From NCBI RefSeq assembly GCF_910584465.1, contig NZ_CAJUBK010000001.1:116852-180851 (forward strand): DNA of 64,000 nt, given 5' to 3'. Positions 19,467 to 29,941 of this stretch are shown in pieces. The DNA is from an uncultured Oscillibacter sp. (GTDB taxonomy: Bacteria; Bacillota; Clostridia; Oscillospirales; Oscillospiraceae). Made by a program: the position numbers and the translations under genes. A model generated the notes under the pieces. That model was not told the origin of the DNA and made no database searches. It worked only from the letters and a program-made list of their open reading frames with translations. Numbering within the stretch: the stretch's first letter is position 1; every line of letters begins with the position of its first letter.

Positions 19467-21015
19467 GGGAAGGGCGCAGGTGCGCATTATCAAAGGGCAG
19501 ACGGCAGCGCCTATTGAGAAAGCGGACACCTCCGTACAGCTCACTACGTCGGAGGCGTACAACGCCGGGGACTGGATAACCCCGCCAAACGATATGCGCG
19601 GCCTCCGGCAGATGGTGAAGCACAGCACCATCCTCCCCCAGTGTATCAGGGCATACAAGAACAATATCGCCGGATTCGGAATCGGCATCCGCTACGTCGA
19701 GGACGTGGAGGAAACGCCGGAAATGGCGGCGGAGTTCAAGCGGGCGGAGGAGATCGTCGAGCTGCTGAACACAGAGCAGGACACCAAAGAGGTGTTTGAG
19801 GACGTGATAGAGGCGCGGGAGACCTACGGCATAGCCTATCTTGAGGTAATCCGCAACCTTGCCGGAGAGGTCGTGCAGGTCGAGTTCATCAAAGAGACCC
19901 CTTCCGTCACCAAGACCAAACCGCTCGACCCCTATATCCCCTCCATCTACTATCACCACGGCCAGCAGGTGGAGCGGAAAAAGCGCTACTGCAAGTACAA
20001 GCAGGAGATAGGCGGCAAGACCGTCTACTTCAAGGAGTTCGGCGACCCGCGCATTATGGATAAGCGGGACGGCCTCTACCTCCAAGAGGGCCAGACCATC
20101 GACCTCGACGATCAGGCAAATGAGCTTATGGAGTTCGCCATCGGGACAGAGCCATACGGGGAGGTGCGGTGGATAGGGCAGGTGCTCGGCGTTGACGGCA
20201 GCCGGAGAGCGGAGGGGCTGAACAACAACTACTTCATCAATGGGAGGCATACCCCGCTGATGATTATCCTCAAGAACGGCACCCTCACAGACGACAGCTA
20301 TGCCAAGCTCCAATCCTACATGAACGACATCAAGGGGGAGGCCGGGCAACACGCTTTTATCCTCCTCGAAATGGAAAGCCCGGACGGGAAAACGGACTTC
20401 GACACCGACGAGCAGCAGGATGTTGAGATAAAAGACCTCGCCAGCATACTCCAAAAGGACGAGCTTTTCCAAGACTACCTCGACAACAACCGCCGAAAGG
20501 TGCAGTCCGCTTTCCAGCTTCCCGACCTCTATGTGGGCTACACGACCGACTTCAACCGGGCCACGGCGCAGACCGCGCAGGAGGTCACAGAGCAGCAGGT
20601 ATTCCAGCCGGAGCGCAAGAGCCTCGCGTGGGCCATCAACAACCGCCTCCTCAATGAGTACCAGTTCAAGTACGTCGAGTGCTACTTCCTTGAGCCGGAC
20701 ATCAGCAACCCGGACGACCTCTACAAGCTCCTGACCGTCTGCAACAACGCCGGGGGCCTCACCCCCAATAAGGCGCGGCAGATCATTTTTGAGGCCTACG
20801 GAGAGGTCGCGGAGGACTACCCGGAGGAGTGGGGCGAAATACCGCTGGCCTACAGCAAGACGCAGGGAGGCGGCGGGGGCGGCTTTGACATTGGCACCCT
20901 CACCGAGAGCCTGCAAAAGCAGATCACAAAGGCGGCCAGCCGGAACGACGACGAGGTGGTGGCAGTGATGAAGGAGGTCAAGCGCCTCCTCATGAAGATG
21001 GACAAGGGGGCCTGA
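19459..21015 (+). CDS. Portal protein (PBSX family)
   Basis: Follows terL; YGEVRW, YFINGRHTP, FNRATA, LTPN motifs. Confidence 0.88.
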   Translation: MGKGRAQVRIIKGQTAAPIEKADTSVQLTTSEAYNAGDWITPPNDMRGLRQMVKHSTILPQCIRAYKNNIAGFGIGIRYVEDVEETPEMAAEFKRAEEIVELLNTEQDTKEVFEDVIEARETYGIAYLEVIRNLAGEVVQVEFIKETPSVTKTKPLDPYIPSIYYHHGQQVERKKRYCKYKQEIGGKTVYFKEFGDPRIMDKRDGLYLQEGQTIDLDDQANELMEFAIGTEPYGEVRWIGQVLGVDGSRRAEGLNNNYFINGRHTPLMIILKNGTLTDDSYAKLQSYMNDIKGEAGQHAFILLEMESPDGKTDFDTDEQQDVEIKDLASILQKDELFQDYLDNNRRKVQSAFQLPDLYVGYTTDFNRATAQTAQEVTEQQVFQPERKSLAWAINNRLLNEYQFKYVECYFLEPDISNPDDLYKLLTVCNNAGGLTPNKARQIIFEAYGEVAEDYPEEWGEIPLAYSKTQGGGGGGFDIGTLTESLQKQITKAASRNDDEVVAVMKEVKRLLMKMDKGA

Positions 21016-21017
21016 TT

Positions 21018-21986
21018 ATGTGCATGGCGTGTCAACCCCTGATAAAGGCCATCGACGCATACCTCGCCAAGGCGGACGGCGATCTCGCCGACGCGCTGGA
21101 AGTGGAGGGCTATGCGGAGCCGCAGGCGACCATCGACTATATGCATGGCATAGAGGACGACGTGGCGGAGGCGCTGGTGGACGAGACCGACTATTTTGTG
21201 GCGGAGGCAGAAAAGGCAGCAGACCTTGAGACCTTCGCGGCGGACATCTGGCCGAGGGTAAAGCTCAACGACCGCCTCAAGGCCAAGCTCGCCACCGTTT
21301 TCACCGAAAGCCTTTCAGAGTTCGTGCCGGAGTTCGTTGGCTACTATATCGCGCAGACCGACAGGAGCCTCAAATTGGAGGTGGTGTCGAAGCGGACGAC
21401 GGCGTGGGTGAAATCGTGGAGTGAACAGCTCGGCGAGATCATGCAGCTCAACAGCCACAAGGAAATCGAGACCATCCTCACCAAGGGCCTCAAGAAGGGC
21501 ACAGGCATAGCCTCTTTTACCCGCGACATCCTCGACAGTGGCATACGGGACGAATACTACAAGGCCCGGCGGGTGGCGCTCACAGAGGTTTTGGGGGCGC
21601 ACAGCGTAGCGCAGCAGGAGGCATTTATGCAGTCTCCGGCGGTTGCGGAAAAGGCGTGGAAGCACACCGGGGCATACAGGAATGAGCCACGGCAGAATCA
21701 TGTGGACATGGACGGCCAGCGCGTAGCCAAAGACGCGCCCTTCACCCTCACAGGGATAAAGGGCGGCACCTACGAGCCGATGTACCCACGCGACGTTATC
21801 CTCCCGCCGGAGGACCGTATCAACTGCCACTGTATCTGCCAGCCCGTCGTCAATGAGGACATTCTCGGCCTCCCCCTTGAGGAGCGGCAGAGGCTCCAAC
21901 AGGAGGCCGTAGACAAAATGGACGACGAATGGGAGCGGGAGCTGGACGCGAGGAACAAGGCAAAGGCAGGAATCGACGAGGAATAG
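21018..21986 (+). CDS. Minor head morphogenesis protein (MuF/SPP1 gp7-like)
   Basis: ARRVALTE, KAW, R..H..MDGQ, INCHC motif; follows portal. Confidence 0.85.
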   Translation: MCMACQPLIKAIDAYLAKADGDLADALEVEGYAEPQATIDYMHGIEDDVAEALVDETDYFVAEAEKAADLETFAADIWPRVKLNDRLKAKLATVFTESLSEFVPEFVGYYIAQTDRSLKLEVVSKRTTAWVKSWSEQLGEIMQLNSHKEIETILTKGLKKGTGIASFTRDILDSGIRDEYYKARRVALTEVLGAHSVAQQEAFMQSPAVAEKAWKHTGAYRNEPRQNHVDMDGQRVAKDAPFTLTGIKGGTYEPMYPRDVILPPEDRINCHCICQPVVNEDILGLPLEERQRLQQEAVDKMDDEWERELDARNKAKAGIDEE

Positions 21987-22105
21987 CGCTCCTGCCTCCT
22001 CTCGTGGCGCAGGAGCGCCCCGGCGCGTCTATGTAGACAGTTTACCAGTCAGAAAAACAACGGCCATTTCGGGCCGTTCAGAGCCGTTCTGTGGCACAAC
22101 ACGGT

Positions 22106-22131
22106 AAAGGGCAGCGGAGACGCTGCTTTTT
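22106..22131 (+). terminator. Probable intrinsic terminator
   Basis: GCAGCG-GAGA-CGCTGC followed by T5. Confidence 0.55.
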
Positions 22132-22173
22132 ATATTTCCTAAAGCCCGGACATGGAAAGGAGGTGAGCAGGGC

Positions 22174-23547
22174 ATGAGAACGAGCTTGCGGAAAGCATAC
22201 GAAATCACCGACGCGAAAATCCAATTCGTCTCTCTCGTGGACAAGGCGGCCAACCTGCGGAAATTCCTGTTGACAAAGGCCGACGGCGGCAAGGCGAGCT
22301 TTACCACCTACGGCAGAATCATCAAGGCGGACGCAGAAAACCACTACGTCACCGGGATTGTGTACGAGCCGATGGCGGAGGACAGCCACGGCAACTACAT
22401 GACCGAGGCGGAGATCACCAAGGCCGCCTACTACTTCGCCAAGAACGGCGACAAGGTGGACTTGCAGCACAGCTTCGAGCCGCTTGAGGGCGCGACCGTC
22501 GTAGAAACGTGGATTGCGAAAGCGGACTTCGACATCGGCGGCGAGGCGGTCAAGAAGGGCACATGGCTTATGACCGTCGAAGTGACCGACGAGAGCGTGT
22601 GGGATAGCATCGAGAAAGGCGACATCACAGGCTTTAGCATGGGCGGTATCGGAAACTACAGCGAGGAGGACGTAGAATTGGACGACGTAACAAAGCAGGA
22701 TTCCAGCGGGAAGAAAGGGCTATTCAAGCAGTTAGCGGAGGCGTTGGGCTTCAAAGTGGTGGAGAAGGGGGCTATGGCAGAGCTTTACGAGGAGCGCAGC
22801 AAGGGTACGCTCTTTTGGAACGCTTTTAACTCCCTTGAGGAGGTTTTATACGCCTACGACCCCATCACAGGACGCTGGCGGTATGAATCGGACGAGGGCA
22901 AGGTGCGCGAGTGCCTTGAGGACTTCGGCGAGATCATTACCAGTATTCTCACTGGCGGCCAGAGCATCACCAAGGCTATCTCGACAGACCGTCCCGTGGA
23001 AAAGGCCGGAAAGAAAATGAGCAGCAAGAACCGGGAAACGCTCGCGGGCATTTGCGACAGCCTCACGGCGTTTCTCAAGGAGTTCGACGACCCGGAGCCG
23101 GAGGGCACCGAGGGGAAGCCGGACGACACCAAAACCAAGAAGGAGGACAAAGAAGTGACTAAGCAGGAAATCGAGCAGGTCGTGGAAGCGGCCATCACCA
23201 AGGCACTGGGGGCAGCGCAGGGGCAGGGGCAGGCAGCCCCGGAGACCACCCCGGCCACCGCGCCGAATGCGGTGGAGAAGGCCGCAGGCGAGGGCACCGC
23301 TCCCGCCACTGACACCGCGATCACCCCGGAGGCCATCGAGAAGATGGTCGCCAGCGCCATCGAGAAGGCCATGCAGCCCAAACAGGAGACTTTCACCATG
23401 GAGCAGGTGGCCGACATGATTCAGTCCGCCGTCACCAAGGCGGTCGAGCCTGTGCTGAAAAGCAGGGGCCTCCCCAGCAACCTCGGCGGAGACGGAACCG
23501 TGGAGAAATCTGCGGAGGAGCAGCACTATCTCCACGGGATTATCTAA
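22174..23547 (+). CDS. XkdF-like prohead protease/scaffold
   Basis: VSLVDKAAN, GIVYEP..DSHG, DLQH, GTW, TGFSMGG; low-complexity scaffold-like C-terminus. Confidence 0.85.
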   Translation: MRTSLRKAYEITDAKIQFVSLVDKAANLRKFLLTKADGGKASFTTYGRIIKADAENHYVTGIVYEPMAEDSHGNYMTEAEITKAAYYFAKNGDKVDLQHSFEPLEGATVVETWIAKADFDIGGEAVKKGTWLMTVEVTDESVWDSIEKGDITGFSMGGIGNYSEEDVELDDVTKQDSSGKKGLFKQLAEALGFKVVEKGAMAELYEERSKGTLFWNAFNSLEEVLYAYDPITGRWRYESDEGKVRECLEDFGEIITSILTGGQSITKAISTDRPVEKAGKKMSSKNRETLAGICDSLTAFLKEFDDPEPEGTEGKPDDTKTKKEDKEVTKQEIEQVVEAAITKALGAAQGQGQAAPETTPATAPNAVEKAAGEGTAPATDTAITPEAIEKMVASAIEKAMQPKQETFTMEQVADMIQSAVTKAVEPVLKSRGLPSNLGGDGTVEKSAEEQHYLHGII

Positions 23548-23573
23548 TAAAACGAATAGGAGGATAACACACC

Positions 23574-24629
23574 ATGGGAAACGACAACAGCAGCATCATC
23601 CGCAAGGCGGCCATTCAGACGACCTCGCTTTCCAACGGCGGCCTGCTTAACCCGGAGCAGGCGCGGAAGTTTTTGCAGCAGACCTTCGAGGCCACCAACC
23701 TCGGCCCTCTGGTGCGCCACGAAATGCGCACCGCCAAGACGGGCGAGGTCGATAAGATCGGCATTGCCCGGCGTATTCTGCGGAAGAAGACCGAGAACAC
23801 GGACGACGGCTACCGCGCAGGCGTGAAGACCAGCCAGATCGAGTACGCCACCACCGCTGTCCGCCTGCCTTGGGAGATCACCGAGGAGACGCTGCGGGAG
23901 AATATCGAGGGCCAGAACCTCGAAGCGATCATCACCAACCTCATGACGACCCAGCTCGGCATTGACCTTGAGGATTTGTACCTCAACAGCGACGAGGACA
24001 CGGGGGATGCCGAGGCGTTCAGCGCCACCGGGACGTATGCCGCCGGGGATTTTGTTACCTACAGCGGCGGCCTCTACCGCTTCACCACCGCTCATGCGGC
24101 GGGAGCATGGACGGGAACCGATGTTGAGGAGATCGGCGAGCAGGACGACACCGACTTCCTCAAGGTCAACGACGGCTGGATTAAGCAGCTCAAGAACGGC
24201 GGGCACGTCCACGACGCTTCCAGCGAGACGGCTATGAGCCTTGACCTGTTCTACAAGACGCTGGCACAGATTCCCAACAAGTACAACAACGGCAAGCTCC
24301 GCTGGATGATGTCTCCCCGCCGGGCGCAGGAGTGGGAGCTGTTCCTGCTGAATCAGGTTATCGGCAAGGGCGGCGCGGTGCCGGAGAGCATTTACAACTC
24401 CCCCGCCAAAATCCCCACGGTACAGTGCCCCTCCCTCGACGACGGCACCATCATCCTGACCGACCCGAAAAACCTCATTGTCGTCAACACCTACTCCATG
24501 CAGATTCGCAAGACGACCGAGGGCAAAGAGGCCATCATGCAGGATAAGCGCTTCTACGTCGTCCACCTGGACTTCGACCCCATCATCGAGGAGCTGGACG
24601 CTGCGGCCATCATCACTGGCCTCAAGTAA
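23574..24629 (+). CDS. Major capsid protein (XkdG-like) with an internal insertion
   Basis: GGLLNPEQA..F, ENIEG, NDGWIKQ; position after protease. Confidence 0.88.
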   Translation: MGNDNSSIIRKAAIQTTSLSNGGLLNPEQARKFLQQTFEATNLGPLVRHEMRTAKTGEVDKIGIARRILRKKTENTDDGYRAGVKTSQIEYATTAVRLPWEITEETLRENIEGQNLEAIITNLMTTQLGIDLEDLYLNSDEDTGDAEAFSATGTYAAGDFVTYSGGLYRFTTAHAAGAWTGTDVEEIGEQDDTDFLKVNDGWIKQLKNGGHVHDASSETAMSLDLFYKTLAQIPNKYNNGKLRWMMSPRRAQEWELFLLNQVIGKGGAVPESIYNSPAKIPTVQCPSLDDGTIILTDPKNLIVVNTYSMQIRKTTEGKEAIMQDKRFYVVHLDFDPIIEELDAAAIITGLK

Positions 24630-24644
24630 GAGAAGGAGAGAGCT

Positions 24645-25139
24645 ATGTATCATCTGAAACTTTGCAAGGGCCTCTCCTACTACGGTATGGGCGGGGCACT
24701 CAAGGCCACCAGAAAGCAGCCGGACGTGCATATCGAGGACAAGGCCACCGCCGACGCTGCGGTGGCCTCCGGCTTCTTCAAACTGGCCGGGGAGGCAACG
24801 GTCTTCCCGCCTGCCGGGGAGTTGCTGGGCCACCTCGACCCGGAGCAGCTTGACAGCATGACCATCCCGGAGCTGAAGAAGCTGGCCGGGGAAATGGGAG
24901 TGGACATCAAGGGCCTCAAGGACAAGGCGGCCATTATCGCGGCTATCGTCGCCGTCGAAGTCAGCGCCCCGGCCTTTGACGCGGAGGCGCTGGCCGCAAT
25001 GTCCGACGACGAGCTGAAAGCCCTCGTCGAGGAGAAGGGCATCGACCTGACTGGCTGCAACACCAGAGAGGACGCGCTTGAGGCCATCAGCGTGGCCCTC
25101 GGCGGCAGCTACACCATGCTCGACCTCATGCGCGAGTAA
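24645..25139 (+). CDS. Head-associated protein with two Rho-N/HeH-like repeats
   Basis: LDSMTIPELKKLA.EMGVD and LAAMSDDELKAL.EEKGID. Confidence 0.6.
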   Translation: MYHLKLCKGLSYYGMGGALKATRKQPDVHIEDKATADAAVASGFFKLAGEATVFPPAGELLGHLDPEQLDSMTIPELKKLAGEMGVDIKGLKDKAAIIAAIVAVEVSAPAFDAEALAAMSDDELKALVEEKGIDLTGCNTREDALEAISVALGGSYTMLDLMRE

Positions 25140-25152
25140 GGAGGTGGGCGGT

Positions 25153-25554
25153 ATGGCTACAAGGCCGTGGGTGCTTCCCAAAGAAGTCAAGGCGTACACC
25201 GATATTGAGGCCGTCCAGCAGCGCAAGAAAGAGAAGCTGGAAATGGACATAGCGCGGGCGGAGCAGTATGTTATCACCTATACGCGCAACCGCTTCGAGG
25301 GCTACACCGAAATCCCGGCCCCGGTCAAAACCGCCGTTATCCTGCTGGCGGAGGCGTATGCCTCTTATGCCAATCAGCTCAAGAAGACGGGCGGAGGCGC
25401 AGTCAAGTCGGAGACCTTCGACGACTACTCCTACACCGCAGGCGAGGGCACCTTCGAGGACTTCGTAAAGGCCCTTGACCTCGCGGCCCTGCTGGACGAC
25501 TTTGTTATCAAGCAGGCCAGCGGAACTATCACTATGCGTATGCGCAGGCTTTAG
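25153..25554 (+). CDS. Head-tail connector (YqbG/DUF3199-like)
   Basis: PWV.P.EVKAY, KSETFDDYSYT; synteny. Confidence 0.75.
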   Translation: MATRPWVLPKEVKAYTDIEAVQQRKKEKLEMDIARAEQYVITYTRNRFEGYTEIPAPVKTAVILLAEAYASYANQLKKTGGGAVKSETFDDYSYTAGEGTFEDFVKALDLAALLDDFVIKQASGTITMRMRRL

Positions 25555-25565
25555 GAGGTGCGGAT

Positions 25566-25931
25566 ATGAGCTTGGAGGCCCTACTTAACCACACCTGCGA
25601 CATCTACCATATCCAAAAGGAGGGCAAGTCCCCCGGCTTTGGGCTGGCGGCCTCGCCCTCCTTTGATTACCCGGAGAAGCCGGACATCAGCAAGCAGGCG
25701 TGTCACTTCGGCGTGAAGCCCGCAAACGTCACCGTCACGCAGACAGCCCCGGCGAACCTTTTGGAGGCGAAAACAAAGCTCACCCTCCCCATCGGGACGG
25801 ACGTGCGGATTAACGACAAGATCGTGGACTGCGACACCAAACTGGAATACACGGCGGAGCAGCCCGTCAATGTCAGGAATCACCACATTTTCGTCTACAT
25901 CAAGAGGAACAAGGGGCAGGAGGCGCTTTAG
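25566..25931 (+). CDS. Head closure protein (XkdH/YqbH-like)
   Basis: LLNHTCDIYH, GTDVRINDK; synteny. Confidence 0.75.
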   Translation: MSLEALLNHTCDIYHIQKEGKSPGFGLAASPSFDYPEKPDISKQACHFGVKPANVTVTQTAPANLLEAKTKLTLPIGTDVRINDKIVDCDTKLEYTAEQPVNVRNHHIFVYIKRNKGQEAL

Positions 25932-26449
25932 TGTCTACCGTGACGTTCGACATGAGCGAGTTCAGAGAGTTTTTCCAGCGCATGGAGCGGGCAGCGCGGG
26001 GCGACTTCCGGGCAGAGTTCGAGCTTTACGTCGAGGCTTTAGGCTCCGAGTTCCTGCGGATATTGCAGGACGAGATCGTGCGGCGCAAGGTTATAGACAC
26101 CCGGCTCCTCCTCGCCAGCTTTGAGAGGGGCGCGGACGGCAACATCTGGAACCTTTCAGACGGCGGCCTCACGCTGGAAGTCGGGACGAACCTTGAGTAT
26201 GCCGCCTTTGTGAATGACGGCCACTGGACAAACCCGAAAGGGGTAGCCCGGCGCTGGGTGCCGGGCTACTGGGATGGCGACCGCTTCATTTATGACCCGG
26301 AGGCAAAGACGGGCATGGCGCTCAAGCAGCACTGGGTAGAAGGGGCGCACTACTTCGAGGGCGCTCTACGGGCCTTTGAGCCTGTTTTCAAGGCCAGCGC
26401 GGAGGCCAAGCTCCGGGAGTGGCTTCAAAAGTATTTCGAGGGGGTGTAG
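25931..26449 (+). CDS. HK97 gp10-like tail completion protein
   Basis: DTR.L..SF, VGTNLEYA.FVNDGH, VEG.HY. Confidence 0.8.
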   Translation: MSTVTFDMSEFREFFQRMERAARGDFRAEFELYVEALGSEFLRILQDEIVRRKVIDTRLLLASFERGADGNIWNLSDGGLTLEVGTNLEYAAFVNDGHWTNPKGVARRWVPGYWDGDRFIYDPEAKTGMALKQHWVEGAHYFEGALRAFEPVFKASAEAKLREWLQKYFEGV

Positions 26450-26452
26450 GCC

Positions 26453-26935
26453 GTGGCAGCAGAAATCGAATTGGAGCAGGAGGTAGCGAGCGTTATGGCG
26501 TTTGCCCTCCACAAGGCGGGAGACCCGCACCCGTACTACTGGGATGTGCCGGAGGACTTCAAGCGCCCGGCCATGTACTTCCCGCAGCCGGAGATCGACA
26601 CGGGCGGCGACACCCTCGGCACCTATGCTTCGGAGTACGCATGGTACATCAATGTCTTTGCGGACACGACAGAGGAGGCCCACGGAATCGCCCGCAAGGT
26701 GCTCACCGCGCTCAAGAGGGCGAAAAACTATGTTCCCCTGCTGAATGAGGACGGGACGGAGAGCGGCAAGAAACTCCGGCTCAAAGACCCCGGCCTCAAA
26801 CGCGGAGATACTGGCGTGGCGCAACTCACAATCGGGTGGACGAGCCGCAGGAGCTACGCCGACGACGAGCCGCCCAAAGTGAAGATCACTCAAATTCTAT
26901 TTTCCAAAAAGGAGGATTCACCAAATGTCGAATAA
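26453..26935 (+). CDS. Tail terminator-like protein (XkdJ-like)
   Basis: VPEDFKRPAMYFP; position before sheath. Confidence 0.65.
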   Translation: MAAEIELEQEVASVMAFALHKAGDPHPYYWDVPEDFKRPAMYFPQPEIDTGGDTLGTYASEYAWYINVFADTTEEAHGIARKVLTALKRAKNYVPLLNEDGTESGKKLRLKDPGLKRGDTGVAQLTIGWTSRRSYADDEPPKVKITQILFSKKEDSPNVE

Positions 26936-27161
26936 AACCAAGGCTGCGCCCCCTGCCGAGAAAACGGCGGAGGGGCGCAAAATCCCCATCGAGAAGCTGC
27001 GCCGGGGCTGCGTCAACCTGTTCGGGGTAACTCCCAGCACCTTTGACGGGGCCACCGTCGGCATCCCGGCGGGCAGCAAGTTCACCGTGGAGGAAATGCA
27101 GGCTCACATCGACAAGTGGCTTAACACCCCTGTCTCGCTGGGCCGGAGGAAGGAGGGCTAA
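26925..27161 (+). CDS. Small tail-associated protein
   Basis: RBS GGAGG; conserved pre-sheath position. Confidence 0.55.
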   Translation: MSNKTKAAPPAEKTAEGRKIPIEKLRRGCVNLFGVTPSTFDGATVGIPAGSKFTVEEMQAHIDKWLNTPVSLGRRKEG

Positions 27162-27164
27162 GTT

Positions 27165-28958
27165 ATGGCAGGAGGAACGTGGAGCAAACTCTCTCTGAAA
27201 GAGCGGCCCGGTACTTATATCAACTGGCAGACCACCGAGCAGAACATCATCGGTATCGCCGAGCGCGGCACCGTCATTATGCCTCTGCTGGGCCACAACT
27301 ACGGGCCTGCCAAGGAGTTCATCACCATCGAGAACAGCTCTCCCGACGCGCAGTACGCCAAGCTGGGCTACAGCGTTTATGAGCCTCCGCTGCTGCTGGT
27401 GAAGGAGGCGCTGAAAAGCGCCAAGACCATCATCCTCTACATCCCGGCGCAGGGCGAACGGGCACACGCCGATGTCGCGGTTGACTTGCCGGAGCCGGAG
27501 GAGGACGAGTACAACGATCTCCTGCTGGCGAAGGTCAAGACCACGCTGGGGAAGAAGCCCGACATGACCGGGTGCAATCTTTCCTACGACAGACGGGGCC
27601 ACACCTACACCGTCACGCTCACGGGCGAGCTTTCCGCTGTGAAGAACACGGGCATCATCGACACCCTGACCGCCCTCGTCGGCGGCGGCTACGCCCTCTC
27701 CATTGGAGGTACCGCGCTCACCGACGTTGCGAGCGTCAAGGAGACCGCGCTCTACACCAAGGCCGTCGTCATGAAGCCGGGCGACAGCGACATCAGCGAC
27801 ACCATCAAGGTCAGCAAGGACGGGCAGGAGCAGGACTACGCCATCGTCATTTCCTATCCCAGCACCGCGCCGGAGGCGCAGCAGGGGCTACAGGATGCTA
27901 CGGTGATGCAGGGCAATATCTCCGCGACCGCCATGTACGGCGGCGAGCGCGGCAACGATTTGAGCTTCGACTGCGTTGCCAATGAGGACGGCGGCTATGA
28001 TGTCACCGTCTACCTCGACAACTCCGCCGTGGAGGAGTTCGAGGGGCTGAACACCGTGGGCGACCTGATTGCCGCAGGCTCCTCGTGGATCACCTTCAAG
28101 GGGAGCGCGGAGGCGGAGCTGACTGACTTCTCCGCGATCAGTCTCGCGGGCGGCACCAGCGGCACCACCAACACCATCGACATCACCAGTTTCCTCGACG
28201 CTTCGGAGGCGATTCACTGGAACACGATGGCTTTCCCGCTGGACAGCAAGGAGAACAGCAGCCTCATGACCGCCGTGGTGAGCAAGATCAAGTACCTGCG
28301 GGAGGATGTCGGCAAGTACCGCAAGGCCGTCCTCGCCAACTATGCCCCGGACTACGAGGGCATCATCAACGTCAGCAACGGCTACGTCTTGAGCGACGGC
28401 ACCGTTGTTGACGCGACTATGGCGACCGCATGGGTAGCCGGGGCGGACGCAGGGGCGGACTGCATCACCAGCAACACCTACAAGCCCGTGGAGGACGCAG
28501 CGGACATCTATGGTCTGCTCTCCCATACCGAGGCCGTGGCCGCGATCAAGGCCGGGAAGTTCTTCTTCTCCTTCAACGAGAGCAATGAGGTCGTGGTGGA
28601 GTACGACATCAACAGCCTTGTTTCCTTCGCAAGGCAGAGAAAGGCCAAGAGCTGGCGCAAGAACCGGGTGCTCCGCGTCATGGACAGCTTCGGCGAGAGC
28701 GTCCAGCTCAATTTCCCGCCCAACCGCTTCGACAACGACGACGACGGTTGGAACGCCATGGAGGGCATCGGCAAGACCATCCTCAAGCTGTACGGCCTCA
28801 AGTCCGAGGGCGGCGTAGGGGCCATCCGGGGCATCGACTACGACAAGGACTTCCTCGTTGACCGGGAGGAATCCCACGGTGACGAGGTTTTCGTCAATGT
28901 CGGCATCCAGCCCGTGGACAGCGCGGAGAAGTTCTACTTCACCGTCACCACGCGCTAA
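27165..28958 (+). CDS. Tail sheath protein (XkdK-like)
   Basis: MAGGTW...RPGTYIN, WVAGA, DINSL, KNRVLRVMD, EKFYFTV. Confidence 0.92.
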   Translation: MAGGTWSKLSLKERPGTYINWQTTEQNIIGIAERGTVIMPLLGHNYGPAKEFITIENSSPDAQYAKLGYSVYEPPLLLVKEALKSAKTIILYIPAQGERAHADVAVDLPEPEEDEYNDLLLAKVKTTLGKKPDMTGCNLSYDRRGHTYTVTLTGELSAVKNTGIIDTLTALVGGGYALSIGGTALTDVASVKETALYTKAVVMKPGDSDISDTIKVSKDGQEQDYAIVISYPSTAPEAQQGLQDATVMQGNISATAMYGGERGNDLSFDCVANEDGGYDVTVYLDNSAVEEFEGLNTVGDLIAAGSSWITFKGSAEAELTDFSAISLAGGTSGTTNTIDITSFLDASEAIHWNTMAFPLDSKENSSLMTAVVSKIKYLREDVGKYRKAVLANYAPDYEGIINVSNGYVLSDGTVVDATMATAWVAGADAGADCITSNTYKPVEDAADIYGLLSHTEAVAAIKAGKFFFSFNESNEVVVEYDINSLVSFARQRKAKSWRKNRVLRVMDSFGESVQLNFPPNRFDNDDDGWNAMEGIGKTILKLYGLKSEGGVGAIRGIDYDKDFLVDREESHGDEVFVNVGIQPVDSAEKFYFTVTTR

Positions 28959-28976
28959 GAAGGGAGGTAAAGCGAT

Positions 28977-29414
28977 ATGTCTCTCATGCAGTACAATAAA
29001 AACCCCATTTCCGTCAGAGAGGGCAAGGCGTTCATTGACGGCGTGGAGGTGCTGGACAGCGTTAAGCTGGAAATCAAGTTCACGCCGGATGTCTGGACGG
29101 GGCGGCAGCTCGGGGAGCGCACCCCCAGCTCCCGGTGGCTTGGCTGCCAGATCACCGGCAGCATGACCCGCAGGCGCAGCACCCCTTGGCTCCGCGAGGC
29201 CATCAAGCACTACAATAAGACCAAGGAAACGCCGGAGTTCACCATCCAAGGGATTATGAACGACGAGAACAGCGAGTTCTTCGCCAACAACGGCGCGGAG
29301 ACCATCACCTGCGTCGGCTGCGTCCTTACGGGCGACCTCAACCTCATTAACCTCGACAGCGGCGGCAACGTCGTTGACGATGTTATCGCGTTCAACATCA
29401 AGGACATCGTTTAA
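28977..29414 (+). CDS. Tail tube protein (XkdM-like)
   Basis: Follows sheath; EGKAFIDG, ITGSMT. Confidence 0.85.
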   Translation: MSLMQYNKNPISVREGKAFIDGVEVLDSVKLEIKFTPDVWTGRQLGERTPSSRWLGCQITGSMTRRRSTPWLREAIKHYNKTKETPEFTIQGIMNDENSEFFANNGAETITCVGCVLTGDLNLINLDSGGNVVDDVIAFNIKDIV

Positions 29415-29470
29415 GCAGCAGCCCCGCCCCCTCCGGGCGGGGCCTGCATTATTTGAAGGGAGCGATCATT

Positions 29471-29941
29471 ATGGCAACGAAGAAAGACCTCAAATATTTC
29501 ATGCGCAGCAAGGAGCCGGAGGTTGTCACCGTCCCCGGCCCGGACACCATCAGGGACGAGGATGGCAACGTCCTCCCGCTGGAAATCAAGGTGCTTTCGC
29601 AGGGGGAGATCACCAAAATCAACGATATGTACCGCACCAAGGTCATGGCGACCGACAAGAAGGGGAACCCCCTGATTGCCAACGGTGAGGTGGTCTGGAA
29701 GGTTGAGAAAGACCCCGGCAGAGCCTCCCGGCACATCATCGTCGAGGCTTTGCAGTTCCCCGACCTCCGGGACAAGGAGCTGATGGAATACTATGGCTGC
29801 GTGGACATCACCGAAATGCCGCTCAAGGTGTTCCCCAAAGCCGACGAGTACCAGCACGTCTCCCGGATGGTGATGCAGGCCCTCGGGCTGGCGGCCCCGG
29901 TCAGTGACGACGAGGACATCGAAGCTGCAAAAAACTCATAA
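29471..29941 (+). CDS. Tail assembly chaperone (XkdN-like)
   Basis: FPDL.D.EL..YYG, ends EAAKNS; follows tube. Confidence 0.82.
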   Translation: MATKKDLKYFMRSKEPEVVTVPGPDTIRDEDGNVLPLEIKVLSQGEITKINDMYRTKVMATDKKGNPLIANGEVVWKVEKDPGRASRHIIVEALQFPDLRDKELMEYYGCVDITEMPLKVFPKADEYQHVSRMVMQALGLAAPVSDDEDIEAAKNS

